Positions 17,223-27,586 of a stretch of DNA of 64,000 nucleotides are shown here, in pieces; position 1 is the stretch's first letter; the number at the start of each line of letters is the position of its first letter. The position numbers were made by a program, and so were the translations under genes. Origin of the DNA: a virus; IMG/VR virus record IMGVR_UViG_3300009528_000013, positions 53,771-117,770 of that record; one strand, written 5' to 3'. The notes under the pieces were generated by a model. The model saw only the letters and a program-made list of their open reading frames with translations. It did not search any database and was not told the origin of the DNA.

Positions 17223-19531
17223 AGATCGGTGGAGCGGATGCTGAGATAGCTTGGGTAGACTTTGGACCAAGTCCGAATTCGGCGGACAGTCTGGATGATA
17301 CGGAGATCGAAGGGGGTTGGTATCTTGAGCAAACTGATGGGGGTACTTATGTAAGTGCAGGGTACCACGTCTCTCGTTGTGTTTGCTCGAAAATTATCGT
17401 ACCCCTCGATTCAGTGATTAAGAAAATAAGTCTTTTGATTTCATTAGTTGATGACCCTGATTTGATTTTCGCAAAACTTTGGCTGGATGAGAGTGGGGTA
17501 CCAGCAGATACTGTAGATCCAGCTTGGACGTCACCCGGTCCTCCACTCTATGGCCCCTTTCCGAAAGCTTGGTACACTTGGGATTTAGATTTCGCTGTAA
17601 CTACGGGTCCGATTTGGGTTGGGGCTTTATACCGAAGTAACACAGGGGGTAACACGGCGAAGATCTATATGAAAGGATCTGGAGGAACGGGTACTTGGCA
17701 GGCGATCTATGGAGGATCGTGGTCATTCTATTCTGGTAGTGAACTAGCCTACAAAGTTCAAACCGATCCTCCGACCCAACTTCAAATCGAACTTGCCGGA
17801 ACGCCCGGTGATTATGTTGAAACTGGAAAATTTACCAGCGGAGCGGTCGATTTAGGAGACGAGGTTCAGTTGAGTTCTGTGAAATGGACTTCTCAGGAAC
17901 CAAGTCCGACAGCGATTGATACCGTTCCACCTCCACCTAAGACAATTTCTGTTCGAGCTTCCAATGTCGTCCCGACCATTAAAAAAGGAGGCGGGGCTTG
18001 GGCGGATAAGGATGTGCCGGATATAGCAGATCCCGAGTGGGGAGGAACTGCGACCTATGATTTGCTTGCGACGATTTCGGTTGGCGATGCTCCACGCGGA
18101 GTTGCATGCGATGAAGCCGTGGGAAAGACCTTCGTTGTAAATCGGACTTCTGATACAGTTTCTGTAATCAGCACCGCTTCAAATTCCGTGGTTGCAACTA
18201 TCGGAGTAGGAACTAATCCCGAAGGAGTTGCCTGCGATGAAACTGCAGTAAAGGCGTTTGTGGTGAATTCGGGATCGAGTTCTGTATCTGTTATCCATGC
18301 GGCTTCGAATACTATTAGTGCCACGATCAGCGTAGGATCTAATCCTCAAGCTGTTGCCTGCGATGAGACCGCAGGGAAGACCTTTGTGGCCGCCAGTGGA
18401 GTTGCACCACTCACAGTTTATCCAACTGGGGATTCTTGGACTGATACTCTCAATCCAGGGGGCAATTATGGTGGAGATCCGGAATTAGATGTTGCGAATA
18501 ATACTCATCTGTCGAGGCAGAAAAACGCATTTATCCGCTTTCCGGTTGGTGAGGGAATAACATCTGCCGTTCTTCGTATATATGCTAACGGAGTTGGAAT
18601 TGGATCGCATCTGATTTCCATTGGCCGGGTTCTGGCAGATTGGGAGGAATATACTATAACTTGGAATAATCAGCCTGCGGTTGCTGGGTACACATCGTTT
18701 TGGGTCAATACGGCAGGATGGTACGAGATAAATTTAACTTCTTTGGCACAGGGATGGAGTGAAGGGACGTATCTGAATTATGGTATTAGACTCTCAACAG
18801 GTCCTCCTCTCCAGTACGACCGATGGGCCGAGTTTGATGCTCGCAACGCAGGGAATCCACCAGAGCTAGTTCTTATGTATTTGCCTAAAGTCTCTGTGAT
18901 CCATACCGCTTCGAACACGATCAGTGCAACAATTTTCGTTGGAACTACTGCTTCGGGAGTTGCATGTGACGAGACAGCGGGAAAGACATTCGTATCGAAT
19001 TCTGGAGATGATTCTGTGTCGGTGATCCACACACCGTCAAACTCAATCAGCGCTACGATCAGTGTGGGATCTAATCCCCGCGGTGTCGCTTGCGACGAGA
19101 CCGTAGAGAAAACTTTTGTGGCGAATTATGATGACAATACTGTGTCGGTGATTCACACACCGTCAAATACAGTCAGCGCTACGGTCAATGTAGGATCTAA
19201 TCCTCGCGATGTAGTTTGTGATGAGGGGGTCGGAAAAACTTTCGTAACCAATAGTGGGAATGATTGTGTTTCAGTAGTTGATAGTTCGAGTAATCTTGTT
19301 GTTGGAACGATCAGTATCGGCGACGGTCCTTATGGTATTGATTGCGATGAATCGGCCGGAAAGATATTTGCAGCAAACAACGGAGACGATTCAGTTTCAG
19401 TTATTTCAGATGTTGAGGAAATCAATTATACTCTTCCCTTCGCGGAATACGAATCCGGAGGCTACGCAGAAGATAGTGAACGCAAGCGCTACGTTCAATT
19501 TCGTGCAACTTTTTGGGGCGATACGACTTGA
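17219..19531 (+). CDS. Tail-associated protein with 7-bladed YVTN-type beta-propeller and inserted DNRLRE-like domain (candidate receptor-binding protein)
   Basis: ATG overlaps the tape measure stop; seven repeats of TIxVGxxPxGVACDETxGKTFVxN; DSW...NYGG...FIRF...ITWNNQP...NYGIRL...FDARN insert. Confidence 0.75.
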   Translation: MKIGGADAEIAWVDFGPSPNSADSLDDTEIEGGWYLEQTDGGTYVSAGYHVSRCVCSKIIVPLDSVIKKISLLISLVDDPDLIFAKLWLDESGVPADTVDPAWTSPGPPLYGPFPKAWYTWDLDFAVTTGPIWVGALYRSNTGGNTAKIYMKGSGGTGTWQAIYGGSWSFYSGSELAYKVQTDPPTQLQIELAGTPGDYVETGKFTSGAVDLGDEVQLSSVKWTSQEPSPTAIDTVPPPPKTISVRASNVVPTIKKGGGAWADKDVPDIADPEWGGTATYDLLATISVGDAPRGVACDEAVGKTFVVNRTSDTVSVISTASNSVVATIGVGTNPEGVACDETAVKAFVVNSGSSSVSVIHAASNTISATISVGSNPQAVACDETAGKTFVAASGVAPLTVYPTGDSWTDTLNPGGNYGGDPELDVANNTHLSRQKNAFIRFPVGEGITSAVLRIYANGVGIGSHLISIGRVLADWEEYTITWNNQPAVAGYTSFWVNTAGWYEINLTSLAQGWSEGTYLNYGIRLSTGPPLQYDRWAEFDARNAGNPPELVLMYLPKVSVIHTASNTISATIFVGTTASGVACDETAGKTFVSNSGDDSVSVIHTPSNSISATISVGSNPRGVACDETVEKTFVANYDDNTVSVIHTPSNTVSATVNVGSNPRDVVCDEGVGKTFVTNSGNDCVSVVDSSSNLVVGTISIGDGPYGIDCDESAGKIFAANNGDDSVSVISDVEEINYTLPFAEYESGGYAEDSERKRYVQFRATFWGDTT

Positions 19532-19575
19532 TTTTGAGGATTGAGTTTTCAAATTCTCAAGAAAGGGAGGATCAG

Positions 19576-20064
19576 ATGAGAGACCGAACGGGGTTTAGCG
19601 AAGAAGTCGCAACCACAGTTCTTAGGTCGAGAGATGATGGACAACACGTTGAAGAGTGCTGTGCGTTTCGGGGAAAGGTCGAGCTTGAGATTCGGCGACA
19701 GGATGGTCGGGTTGAGAAGATGGTATTCTCAAATACCATTCAAGCAGCGTTCCTGAACGCTGTCGCAAATGCACTGGGCGGCGGATCGATGGCCGCTGTG
19801 GATGCGATGGATTTCTATTACGACGGAGCGTGGGGTCACGCGCAAGCAACTTCCATCGATGGAGGAGGAGCCGGTACCGAGGCTTGGATACGTTGGAAGG
19901 CCACATTGACGGCGACGGGAAGCATTTCAGTGACGCCGGTTCGTTTGGGAGTTCTCAATGGATCATGGACGACCACCTACAGCGAGGTTGCGATCACGGC
20001 TGTAGCGCTCACGTCAGGAGATTCGCTTATCGTGAAATGGACGATTACCGCCGCAGTATCGTAG
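19576..20064 (+). CDS. Hypothetical tail protein
   Basis: GGGAGG SD and ATG at 19576; beta-rich, ends GDSLIVKWTIT. Confidence 0.65.
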   Translation: MRDRTGFSEEVATTVLRSRDDGQHVEECCAFRGKVELEIRRQDGRVEKMVFSNTIQAAFLNAVANALGGGSMAAVDAMDFYYDGAWGHAQATSIDGGGAGTEAWIRWKATLTATGSISVTPVRLGVLNGSWTTTYSEVAITAVALTSGDSLIVKWTITAAVS

Positions 20065-20101
20065 TCCGGCCACGGTATTGTAGTCTGAGGAGATCGAGGA
20101 T

Positions 20102-22012
20102 GTGGCTGCACAGACTCCAGAGTTACGATCATTCTATTTTCAGGCTCAGCTTGTTGTAGAGATTGAGGAGTCTGTGCAGTTTTCCGAGGAGGTGTATCGA
20201 CCTCAGTACTTTGAAGAAATCGAAGAATCTGTACTGCTTTCCGAGGAAATAAATGTACTGTATGCAGGGATTGAAGAGTCAATTATATTCTCGGAGGAGA
20301 TCGATCTTACCGCAGATAATAGTCGTGATATTGATGAGACCATCCTGTTTTCTGAGGAAGTTTCGCTGACAACTGGTTTTACTCCGCGCCTGCTTACTTT
20401 TTATTTTCAAGCGAAGTTTGAGATAGCAATTGAGGAATCCGTATGGTTTTCTGAGGAAGTAAATCCACTCCTCGCGGCTGTTTCTGAATCGGTTTTCTTT
20501 TCCGAAGAGATCATTGCCAACAAAATTCCCCGTATTGATGAGACTGTCCTGTTTTCTGAGGAAGTCGAAGCAATATGTACAAAGACACCGAGACTGTTAT
20601 CGTTTTGGTTCTTTGGAACTGAAGCTCTTCAGATTGAAACGATCTACTTCCCTGAAGATTTAGAAATCTGGACTGATGGAGTTCTCCTGATTTCCGAATC
20701 AATCGTATTCGGAGAAGCGGTTGAACGCGAGCTGCCGAGGGAAATTTTCGAAGAAGTTCTTTTGAGCGAAAGTCTTGAGGTTCAGGTCGTAGGACTGACC
20801 ATTGAAGAAGAATTTGTTTTTTCCGAAGACATTTTTCCTCCCGAGATTGTTAAAATTATCGAGGAATCGGTTTCTTTTACTGAAGACGTTGTTCATATTC
20901 CATCACTTCTTCGAGAAACCATTGAATTTGAAGAACTTTTAGTTCGTCAAATTATACCTTCCCCGATCGAAGAACAGGTTCTCTTTTCAGAAGAGCTTGA
21001 GCTAAGACAAACAATCTCAGAGACAATTGTTTTCTCTGAGGGAGTTTACCCGAGTCAAGTCGGACCGATCCCCGAATCGGTATATTTACAAGAATCTATA
21101 ACATTAGATATTGTCCAGTCAACCTCTGATCAATTTTATCTTCATGAGGAAGTAAAGCTTCAGATTCTGAGAATTTGCAATGAGCAAATTTTTTTCTCAG
21201 AAAGCGTTGAATCAGCGTATGGTATCCAAGAGTCAATCTTCTTTTCCGAAGAGATTTATCAAAGTCGACTCAGCCTTGATGAAACATTCAATCTTACTGA
21301 ACAGGTTCAGCGCGGTATTCCTGTAAATCTTTCAGAATCAATTTACTTTGAAGAAGAGGTTGTTCGGCAGGTTGAAATCAGCGAAGCGATTGTCTTTACG
21401 GAAGAACTCTGGAACAATCTCCGATTGATTGATGAAGAGATTGTCTTTTCTGAAGTTCTCCTAAGAGAAATTCATATTTGGATCGGTCCTCATAAAACCC
21501 AAGTTGATCTTTTCGAGGATCTGGTTTTCTCCGAAGTAACATCTTTCTCTAAAACCGAAGCGATATCCGAGCAGGTTCTTTTTACCGAAGAAGTTGAATC
21601 AATTTTCAAGGAGGGGGTTCCCGGGCCTTCGCCCTTCGCAAGAAAAGCAGTTGCAGCACCGGAGCCACCAGTTGAAGCCGTATCTTATCCTGTTGAGGAA
21701 GTACCACCAGTTAAAGCTGTATCTTATCCTGTTGCGAAAGTACCACCAGTTGTTAAACGAGCGTACCCGAGTGCGGAACCGGTACCCCTTGCAAAGCGGG
21801 TACCACCAGCAGTCGCAGTACCACAGCCAGTTGTTAAACGAGTGTACCCAAGTGCGAAACCGGCACCTCTTCCAAGACGAGTACCGCCAGCAGTTGCTCC
21901 GGAAGTTTTCATGGAGGCCCCGCCGCCACCGAAGGTACAAGTCGAGAGAATGAAAACGAGAACCGTTCGAATGAGAATCACCGACAATGTGTCACGATAT
22001 AGGGTGAAATAA
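20102..22012 (+). CDS. Highly acidic repeat protein (about 25 IxESxxFSEEV-like repeats) with Pro/Val/Ala-rich C-terminus
   Basis: GGAG SD and GTG; repeats read directly from the translation; located in the tail module. Confidence 0.75.
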   Translation: MAAQTPELRSFYFQAQLVVEIEESVQFSEEVYRPQYFEEIEESVLLSEEINVLYAGIEESIIFSEEIDLTADNSRDIDETILFSEEVSLTTGFTPRLLTFYFQAKFEIAIEESVWFSEEVNPLLAAVSESVFFSEEIIANKIPRIDETVLFSEEVEAICTKTPRLLSFWFFGTEALQIETIYFPEDLEIWTDGVLLISESIVFGEAVERELPREIFEEVLLSESLEVQVVGLTIEEEFVFSEDIFPPEIVKIIEESVSFTEDVVHIPSLLRETIEFEELLVRQIIPSPIEEQVLFSEELELRQTISETIVFSEGVYPSQVGPIPESVYLQESITLDIVQSTSDQFYLHEEVKLQILRICNEQIFFSESVESAYGIQESIFFSEEIYQSRLSLDETFNLTEQVQRGIPVNLSESIYFEEEVVRQVEISEAIVFTEELWNNLRLIDEEIVFSEVLLREIHIWIGPHKTQVDLFEDLVFSEVTSFSKTEAISEQVLFTEEVESIFKEGVPGPSPFARKAVAAPEPPVEAVSYPVEEVPPVKAVSYPVAKVPPVVKRAYPSAEPVPLAKRVPPAVAVPQPVVKRVYPSAKPAPLPRRVPPAVAPEVFMEAPPPPKVQVERMKTRTVRMRITDNVSRYRVK

Positions 22013-22768
22013 TTGCGACCAGGCGGAACAGATGCGAGCTATCTCAGTCTTATGCGAAAAGAATCCGGTGTCGAGATTATTTCAGATGTCGAGATTTTGA
22101 GGGAAGGCTACTGGCCGATTACGCAGGTCGATAGCTCGACTCAATTTCGAGTCGCGGGCGATGCAACCGCGCTATTTGTATCGGGAAATTCAATTCAGTT
22201 GTCTACGAAGAAATTTTCCGAGACAGAAGTCATCTTATCAGTTACCTTTTCGACTTCGGAAACAATTTTCGTTTTGTCGAGCGGATCGGTTTCGGCTTCC
22301 GATCTCGGGGCCCGCGTTTCAAGAATTTTTCTGGTCTCAGATCGTATCTTGAAAGAGTCGATGGGAGATGTTTCGGAGTCTATCGAGGGCTCAACTCTAA
22401 ATTTGTTCCAGTCTTCGACTTTCAATTGTAAGTTGGATAATGCGGACAAGTATTTTCTAGACGCAGAATTAAATACCGGGATCCTGTGGAATGGCGCTGA
22501 ACTTTTGGAATCGACTGCGATAGCCGAAACACAGGTCACTTTCACTAATTGTACTTTGATAGTGAATGTCTTCAAAGGTGGTGTGTTGACCGTTCTGTCG
22601 GGAGATGGGAAAAATCGGGAATATCCCATTCTTTCGAATACCTCCGGAGCGGTTGTGGTCGTTGGAACCCTACTTACCGATGGAGCATCGGTTGGCGATG
22701 CTTTTCTCGTAAGTTTGGGAGTCTGGTTCAATTTGAAATTCTATGCAGGTTTGAGGGCGGCGGCATGA
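22013..22768 (+). CDS. Tail-tip protein, N-terminal part (possibly a single gene with the next ORF)
   Basis: Beta-rich; ends NLKFYAGL; 4-bp ATGA overlap with the next ORF; start codon uncertain. Confidence 0.6.
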   Translation: MRPGGTDASYLSLMRKESGVEIISDVEILREGYWPITQVDSSTQFRVAGDATALFVSGNSIQLSTKKFSETEVILSVTFSTSETIFVLSSGSVSASDLGARVSRIFLVSDRILKESMGDVSESIEGSTLNLFQSSTFNCKLDNADKYFLDAELNTGILWNGAELLESTAIAETQVTFTNCTLIVNVFKGGVLTVLSGDGKNREYPILSNTSGAVVVVGTLLTDGASVGDAFLVSLGVWFNLKFYAGLRAAA

Positions 22769-25700
22769 GCAAATTCTTGCGATACTCAGGAATCATTCAA
22801 CCCATTGCGATTCAAGATGCTCTCCGTGAGAGAACGATCCAGATCGAGAGTTACGACTTCTTGAAGCGGATGGAACAGTTTCCCGCCGCACTGGTCTCTG
22901 AGGAGTTCGGTGCTTTTTTCAGAATCCCCGGTGTCGATCTGAAGGCTTACGTCGAAGGACCGAATAGGCCTGCTACGAGCGTCCGGGAATTCAGCTTCAA
23001 ATTCCCCTCTACAAAAACGAAGCTCAAATCCCGCCGAGGATCCAAAGCGGAAGAAGGGGAAGCTGGATCGCGTGGGTTGCCTGAAGTATCAGTGGTGAAC
23101 ATAAGTGCAGATACTACGGATGGAATCAAAGTCCTGAAATACAGATCGTGGGGTTGGTTTCAGTGGGATCAGGGCCCCTGGGTCCGGAAGGATTTGGGAG
23201 ATCAATCTACGATTGCAGCCTGGGATGACTCGACCATCGAATGTTCTTTTGCAGGGTTTACGCAAGACGATAATATCGAAGTTTTTCTGATTATCGGTCA
23301 GTCAGTTATCAAGCGTGGTGGAATTGAGATCATCTTCGACAGTGGGAATCCTGTCTATCTGGGTGCTCCGTTCACCTTCATCATCCGGGAGGATGTGGGA
23401 GGAACGCTCTACGACATCTCGCAGAGTTGTATGGTTCAGCAGCAAGAATCCGAAACAGCGCTTGGAGCCTCAACGGATACTCTTTATATCAGTGCTGTTG
23501 AGAAGTTTCGGGGGATCACCTTCGAGTTCGATGAATTTCTAACCGGAGCAACTCTGACCTTCGAGTACTCTCAGGGATCCTTCGCGGCTTGGGGCGACCT
23601 CAGTAGCTATATGACGGACGGAACGAGCGATTTTAGTCAGGACGGGACCATAACGATCACTCCACCGTTTAACTGGACCAAGGCCGGACAAAAGGTCGGT
23701 GAGGACGGCGGAGATGACATCGTTGTCGAGAGATTTTGGCTGAAGATCACAGTCTCAGCTTGGGGAAGCGGAACCGCAAAAATCAGATATTTGACGAGAC
23801 GGTATTTAGCAGTTGGTCAAGACGGAGATGCGATTGAGATCGGAGTCAATTTCGAGCAAATCGAGGAGACGGATGACGAGAGGGTAACTGAAGACGTAAT
23901 CATTCGACCGAGTGATTCGGATTCCTCGGTTTTTGTACCGGCGACTTGGAAAAAAAATCTCCCGGTTGAACTCCTTCTTGGAAGTGGATCCGGGTCAGAT
24001 CCTTCATCTTCGCTATTGGCCGCCTCGGGCTTCTCTGCAAGTTGTCGAGAGGTCGAACAACTGAGCTATACGACTTCGAAACCACAATTCTCCATCTGGG
24101 GAATTCCTCCTTATCCAGCGTACCCGGGTGAAGCTCGTTGTCTTTGTGAAGGCGAGGATCTCGGTAGCGCCGGACGTGTGATTTTGATTGGAATCGGGAA
24201 AGAGGTCTGGAAAGTTACCGAACACACGGGATTTGAATTTGTCTTCAAACTCCGGGATTATTATTCTACGAGCTTGAGTAAGCCATTTGACGTTGAAATT
24301 CGGAGAATGGATTACGATGACGCTTACAATGCCGTCTTCGGAGTGGCATGGAAGCGATATAACAACACCGAATATCGGCCAGTTACCGATGTCCAGGCTG
24401 ATGCGAAAAAGGGGAGATGTACCCCGGCGATTCTCTTTCGCTACGACTTTGATACCGGTGTTTTGGAACAACAGGTGATTGGAGAGCCCATCGCAGAATG
24501 GGAGACCGCGGAGTCTCGTTTCCTCTCCGGCGAGGTTTTTCATCGTAATGGAACAGGAAATCAGAATGGGTGGCCCTGGTGGGAGATTGGTGGCACTCCT
24601 CAGCACGAGACGACGGGAGGAGAAATGATCGCTGTCCCTGAACCGGGGCACTATTCTTCGATCATGTATCCAATTTTTGTCGGACAAATCAATCGTCACG
24701 TCTCCTTGCGCCGAGCGACAAAGTTGATTGAAACGCACGTTTTATACTGGGGCGATCAGTATGACATCGAGCGTTTTCAGTACGGTGACTTAGTGGCGGG
24801 CGAAGATGAATTTGCTCATGGTCGGTTTGCTCTTACTTCTCCGGGGTTTTATTATCGGGTAGTTTGGACTGGAGCACTTGAAACGTCTACGATTGACGAT
24901 GTGCACCTCCGTTTCACTTTTGGACAACCGGGCGTCGTAGTTTGGAGTCCGTATTATCGTAGCTATATCTATCACGATTTTGATTCCAGTCAAACTCTGG
25001 GTGAGCAGAATTACATTGCGGAGGCGGACTACTCGGCTTCCGCATGGAGTCTTGATCGGTACTTTGATCTGGACACCCAAGATCGACAGATCTGCTGCGG
25101 CGCATTGAAAGAGAATTCCGGAACTCCCACTGCCCCAGAAATAATCTATGGGTCGATGGTGTGGAATGATACAAATGTCTCCTTCGTACCTCAGAAGTCC
25201 GATGCTTATGTGACCCGCCATAATCTGAGAACCGGCGCGGGGGCAACCATCTTTCATTCCGCGTCCTCCTCAGTAAGTGGTACGATGTCGGGTCAGGAAG
25301 AAACTTGTACTCCGATTGGTCTGGGATATGACCCCGATCAGGATGTGATTCATCTGACCTTTTTTGATCGGGACACTCTTCGCTATCACTATGCGGTCTT
25401 CGAGGATACTCCGGCCGGCGCAAAGTATTCGATTCAAACTGGATCCAATTTCAGTTTTGACTGGTATCGTCCAATCAAATGTTTTACCTTCCACGACGGG
25501 AAGATGTATGCCGTCTGTACCGATGATCGATTTCAGATTGAAGATGCCTTCCTGATCGAAATTACGTGGAGTAGCCCCGACATTACGATCCGAAAAATTG
25601 GTGTGCTCCGCTCCGGTGATTACTCAGCCGAATCTTTGGTCTGGGTTGGAGACATTCTCTATGGGCTCTCGAAGCCCTCTGGGACGATGTGGTCTTACGG

Positions 25701-26247
25701 AACGAGTTGGGTTCCGAGGGTGCAACTCGCTGATTTTGGGGATGATAATTGTCGGCAGGCTGCAACGAAGCTCAGTCAAGCTGCAAATGCGATTCTTAGA
25801 GTAGATCCTGATCGAGTTGCGATTGTTGAAAAGCGGGAGACTGTTCCTGGTAGTTCTTCAACGCTAGAAGATGAGTTGGTCGAGGTGAAGCCCGAAAAAA
25901 CATGGAAGTTTATTTACGATGGTTGCGCGGTGAGTTGGTCTTTTCAGGAATTAAAGGGTACCGAGTCTTGGGGTTTGACAGGACGTAATCAGAGAGTTCT
26001 GAAGATCTCTAATCCACTTGTTCAGGATCGGCATTTTGCAGAGAAGTTGGCGGAGATTTACGGGAAATACTTCTTCAAGGAGCGGACTCTGCTTCCGATC
26101 ACCGCGAAATATCTTCCGCATTTCGAGCGAGAAGATCTTCTGAAAATTATTTCGAAAGGAGTTGATCCAAGTAAGAGTCGAAGTATCGTCTCCTTTCGAT
26201 TACGTAACTCAAACGGGCAAACAGAAATGGGGTTAGTCGAGCAATGA
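22765..26247 (+). CDS. Large tail-tip/central fibre (Tal or gpJ-like) protein
   Basis: Begins YSGIIQ...TIQIESYDFLKRM; ends ISNPLVQ...AEKLAE...LPHFEREDLLKI, as in tail hub proteins; about 1160 aa. Confidence 0.65.
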   Translation: MSKFLRYSGIIQPIAIQDALRERTIQIESYDFLKRMEQFPAALVSEEFGAFFRIPGVDLKAYVEGPNRPATSVREFSFKFPSTKTKLKSRRGSKAEEGEAGSRGLPEVSVVNISADTTDGIKVLKYRSWGWFQWDQGPWVRKDLGDQSTIAAWDDSTIECSFAGFTQDDNIEVFLIIGQSVIKRGGIEIIFDSGNPVYLGAPFTFIIREDVGGTLYDISQSCMVQQQESETALGASTDTLYISAVEKFRGITFEFDEFLTGATLTFEYSQGSFAAWGDLSSYMTDGTSDFSQDGTITITPPFNWTKAGQKVGEDGGDDIVVERFWLKITVSAWGSGTAKIRYLTRRYLAVGQDGDAIEIGVNFEQIEETDDERVTEDVIIRPSDSDSSVFVPATWKKNLPVELLLGSGSGSDPSSSLLAASGFSASCREVEQLSYTTSKPQFSIWGIPPYPAYPGEARCLCEGEDLGSAGRVILIGIGKEVWKVTEHTGFEFVFKLRDYYSTSLSKPFDVEIRRMDYDDAYNAVFGVAWKRYNNTEYRPVTDVQADAKKGRCTPAILFRYDFDTGVLEQQVIGEPIAEWETAESRFLSGEVFHRNGTGNQNGWPWWEIGGTPQHETTGGEMIAVPEPGHYSSIMYPIFVGQINRHVSLRRATKLIETHVLYWGDQYDIERFQYGDLVAGEDEFAHGRFALTSPGFYYRVVWTGALETSTIDDVHLRFTFGQPGVVVWSPYYRSYIYHDFDSSQTLGEQNYIAEADYSASAWSLDRYFDLDTQDRQICCGALKENSGTPTAPEIIYGSMVWNDTNVSFVPQKSDAYVTRHNLRTGAGATIFHSASSSVSGTMSGQEETCTPIGLGYDPDQDVIHLTFFDRDTLRYHYAVFEDTPAGAKYSIQTGSNFSFDWYRPIKCFTFHDGKMYAVCTDDRFQIEDAFLIEITWSSPDITIRKIGVLRSGDYSAESLVWVGDILYGLSKPSGTMWSYGTSWVPRVQLADFGDDNCRQAATKLSQAANAILRVDPDRVAIVEKRETVPGSSSTLEDELVEVKPEKTWKFIYDGCAVSWSFQELKGTESWGLTGRNQRVLKISNPLVQDRHFAEKLAEIYGKYFFKERTLLPITAKYLPHFEREDLLKIISKGVDPSKSRSIVSFRLRNSNGQTEMGLVEQ

Positions 26248-27098
26248 ATCTGGTCGTAGGTGGAACGGGCCCGTGCGTCTTTTATCTTGCGAGCACGGAA
26301 GTATTTATTACAAATTGGAATTTCGAAGTCAACCTGACTGATTGGACGGGAAAGCCCGCTGCGGGCAATATCGCCCGAATCGAAGATGTTTTAACGTTCT
26401 GGGGCGAGTACTCGATGAAGGTCGATGCGAGCAGTGATCTGAATGCCTATGCCCTTACGACAGTCGAGACTTCGGCAGAGCTTTGGGGAAGGTCATTTAT
26501 CCTGGAGTTTGCAATCCGCACCGATGTCGACCGGGATATTAAAATCTTGATCAAGGACGTTGATGATTACCAAACGTTCAATCAAACATTTACTGCCGAG
26601 AGCGGGAAGTTCACACATTATTTCTATTACTTCGTCTTTCTGCCGTTGGGCAGTCCTGTGATTGGGCCAACTGAAATTGAAGTTCGACTCTACGGAACCG
26701 ATACTATGCTCGGGCTTTCGTATTTTGATAACGTAAATCTCTATGAGGTCACGGAGAAAATAAATCTTCGAGTTCCGGAGGTTTTTGAGTCTGTTTTTGG
26801 GAAGGAGTTGGAAGCACGATTTGAACTTTTATCGGGTCGAACTCAGGAATATCTCCGAGGATGGCGCTTCCAAGCGAGTATGGCTTACGAGTATTTGACA
26901 AAAGTAGAAGAAGAGAAGCGCACGAGGATCTCGGACAGTGACCTAATGGTCTTCCAGCCGCACGACGACAACGAGTTCATGGTGGTTTCCAGGTGGAACG
27001 GAGATTTTGCGAGAACCTATTTCGGTGATATTTATGTGGGGCATACGGGAAGTATCAACTTAATCGGAGCGCATCTTCTAAACAAATCTCCAGTTTAG
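26244..27098 (+). CDS. Putative distal tail (Dit-like) protein with N-terminal carbohydrate-binding-like beta sandwich
   Basis: NWNFE...WTG...GEYSMKV...YFDNVNL CBM-like pattern; C-terminal RFELLSGR...GWRFQASMAYEYL. Confidence 0.45.
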   Translation: MNLVVGGTGPCVFYLASTEVFITNWNFEVNLTDWTGKPAAGNIARIEDVLTFWGEYSMKVDASSDLNAYALTTVETSAELWGRSFILEFAIRTDVDRDIKILIKDVDDYQTFNQTFTAESGKFTHYFYYFVFLPLGSPVIGPTEIEVRLYGTDTMLGLSYFDNVNLYEVTEKINLRVPEVFESVFGKELEARFELLSGRTQEYLRGWRFQASMAYEYLTKVEEEKRTRISDSDLMVFQPHDDNEFMVVSRWNGDFARTYFGDIYVGHTGSINLIGAHLLNKSPV

Positions 27099-27118
27099 AA
27101 AAGAAAGGAGCAACCACA

Positions 27119-27577
27119 ATGTCGGAAGGCGAAGTTGCGAAGAGAGATGACAATCGGGTCCCCGTAGAACTTCTCCTCGACCCGGATGGAAAACCCCGGC
27201 AGCGGCGGGGATCAATTTTCGGCGGGGGACTTACCCGGGTCGACGCAAACGAGCATTACCGGGCGTACCATATCAGCCTCGATGCGAACGTGCCCTGGGC
27301 CAATGCGGTACATATCGACGTTGGAACAGATCTTCAGGCGAGGTACGGCGCTGATGGGCGAATCAGAGCGCAGGCAGGTTTCATTATCACGGACCAGGAT
27401 ATCCAGGTTCGTTTCAATGGATTGACCGAAGACGAGATTCGAATTGACGTGACGACTTGGGGCAAAATCTTTGAGCTTTCAGTAGGTGATCTCGGAGTCT
27501 ACGATATTTATCTTGCGAATTACCTACCGAGCGGTGCTGCGCCGGCAGCGGCCGTTTTTATCTTTGTTTCAGGATAG
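27119..27577 (+). CDS. Hypothetical protein
   Basis: AAGGAG SD; tightly packed in the operon. Confidence 0.65.
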   Translation: MSEGEVAKRDDNRVPVELLLDPDGKPRQRRGSIFGGGLTRVDANEHYRAYHISLDANVPWANAVHIDVGTDLQARYGADGRIRAQAGFIITDQDIQVRFNGLTEDEIRIDVTTWGKIFELSVGDLGVYDIYLANYLPSGAAPAAAVFIFVSG

Positions 27578-27586
27578 GAGGAACTG

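Noticed and set aside
10191-27098. Contractile (myovirus) tail
   Set aside because: No sheath or baseplate wedge/J-like genes recognised; single tube gene with G/GT chaperones and a long tape measure.
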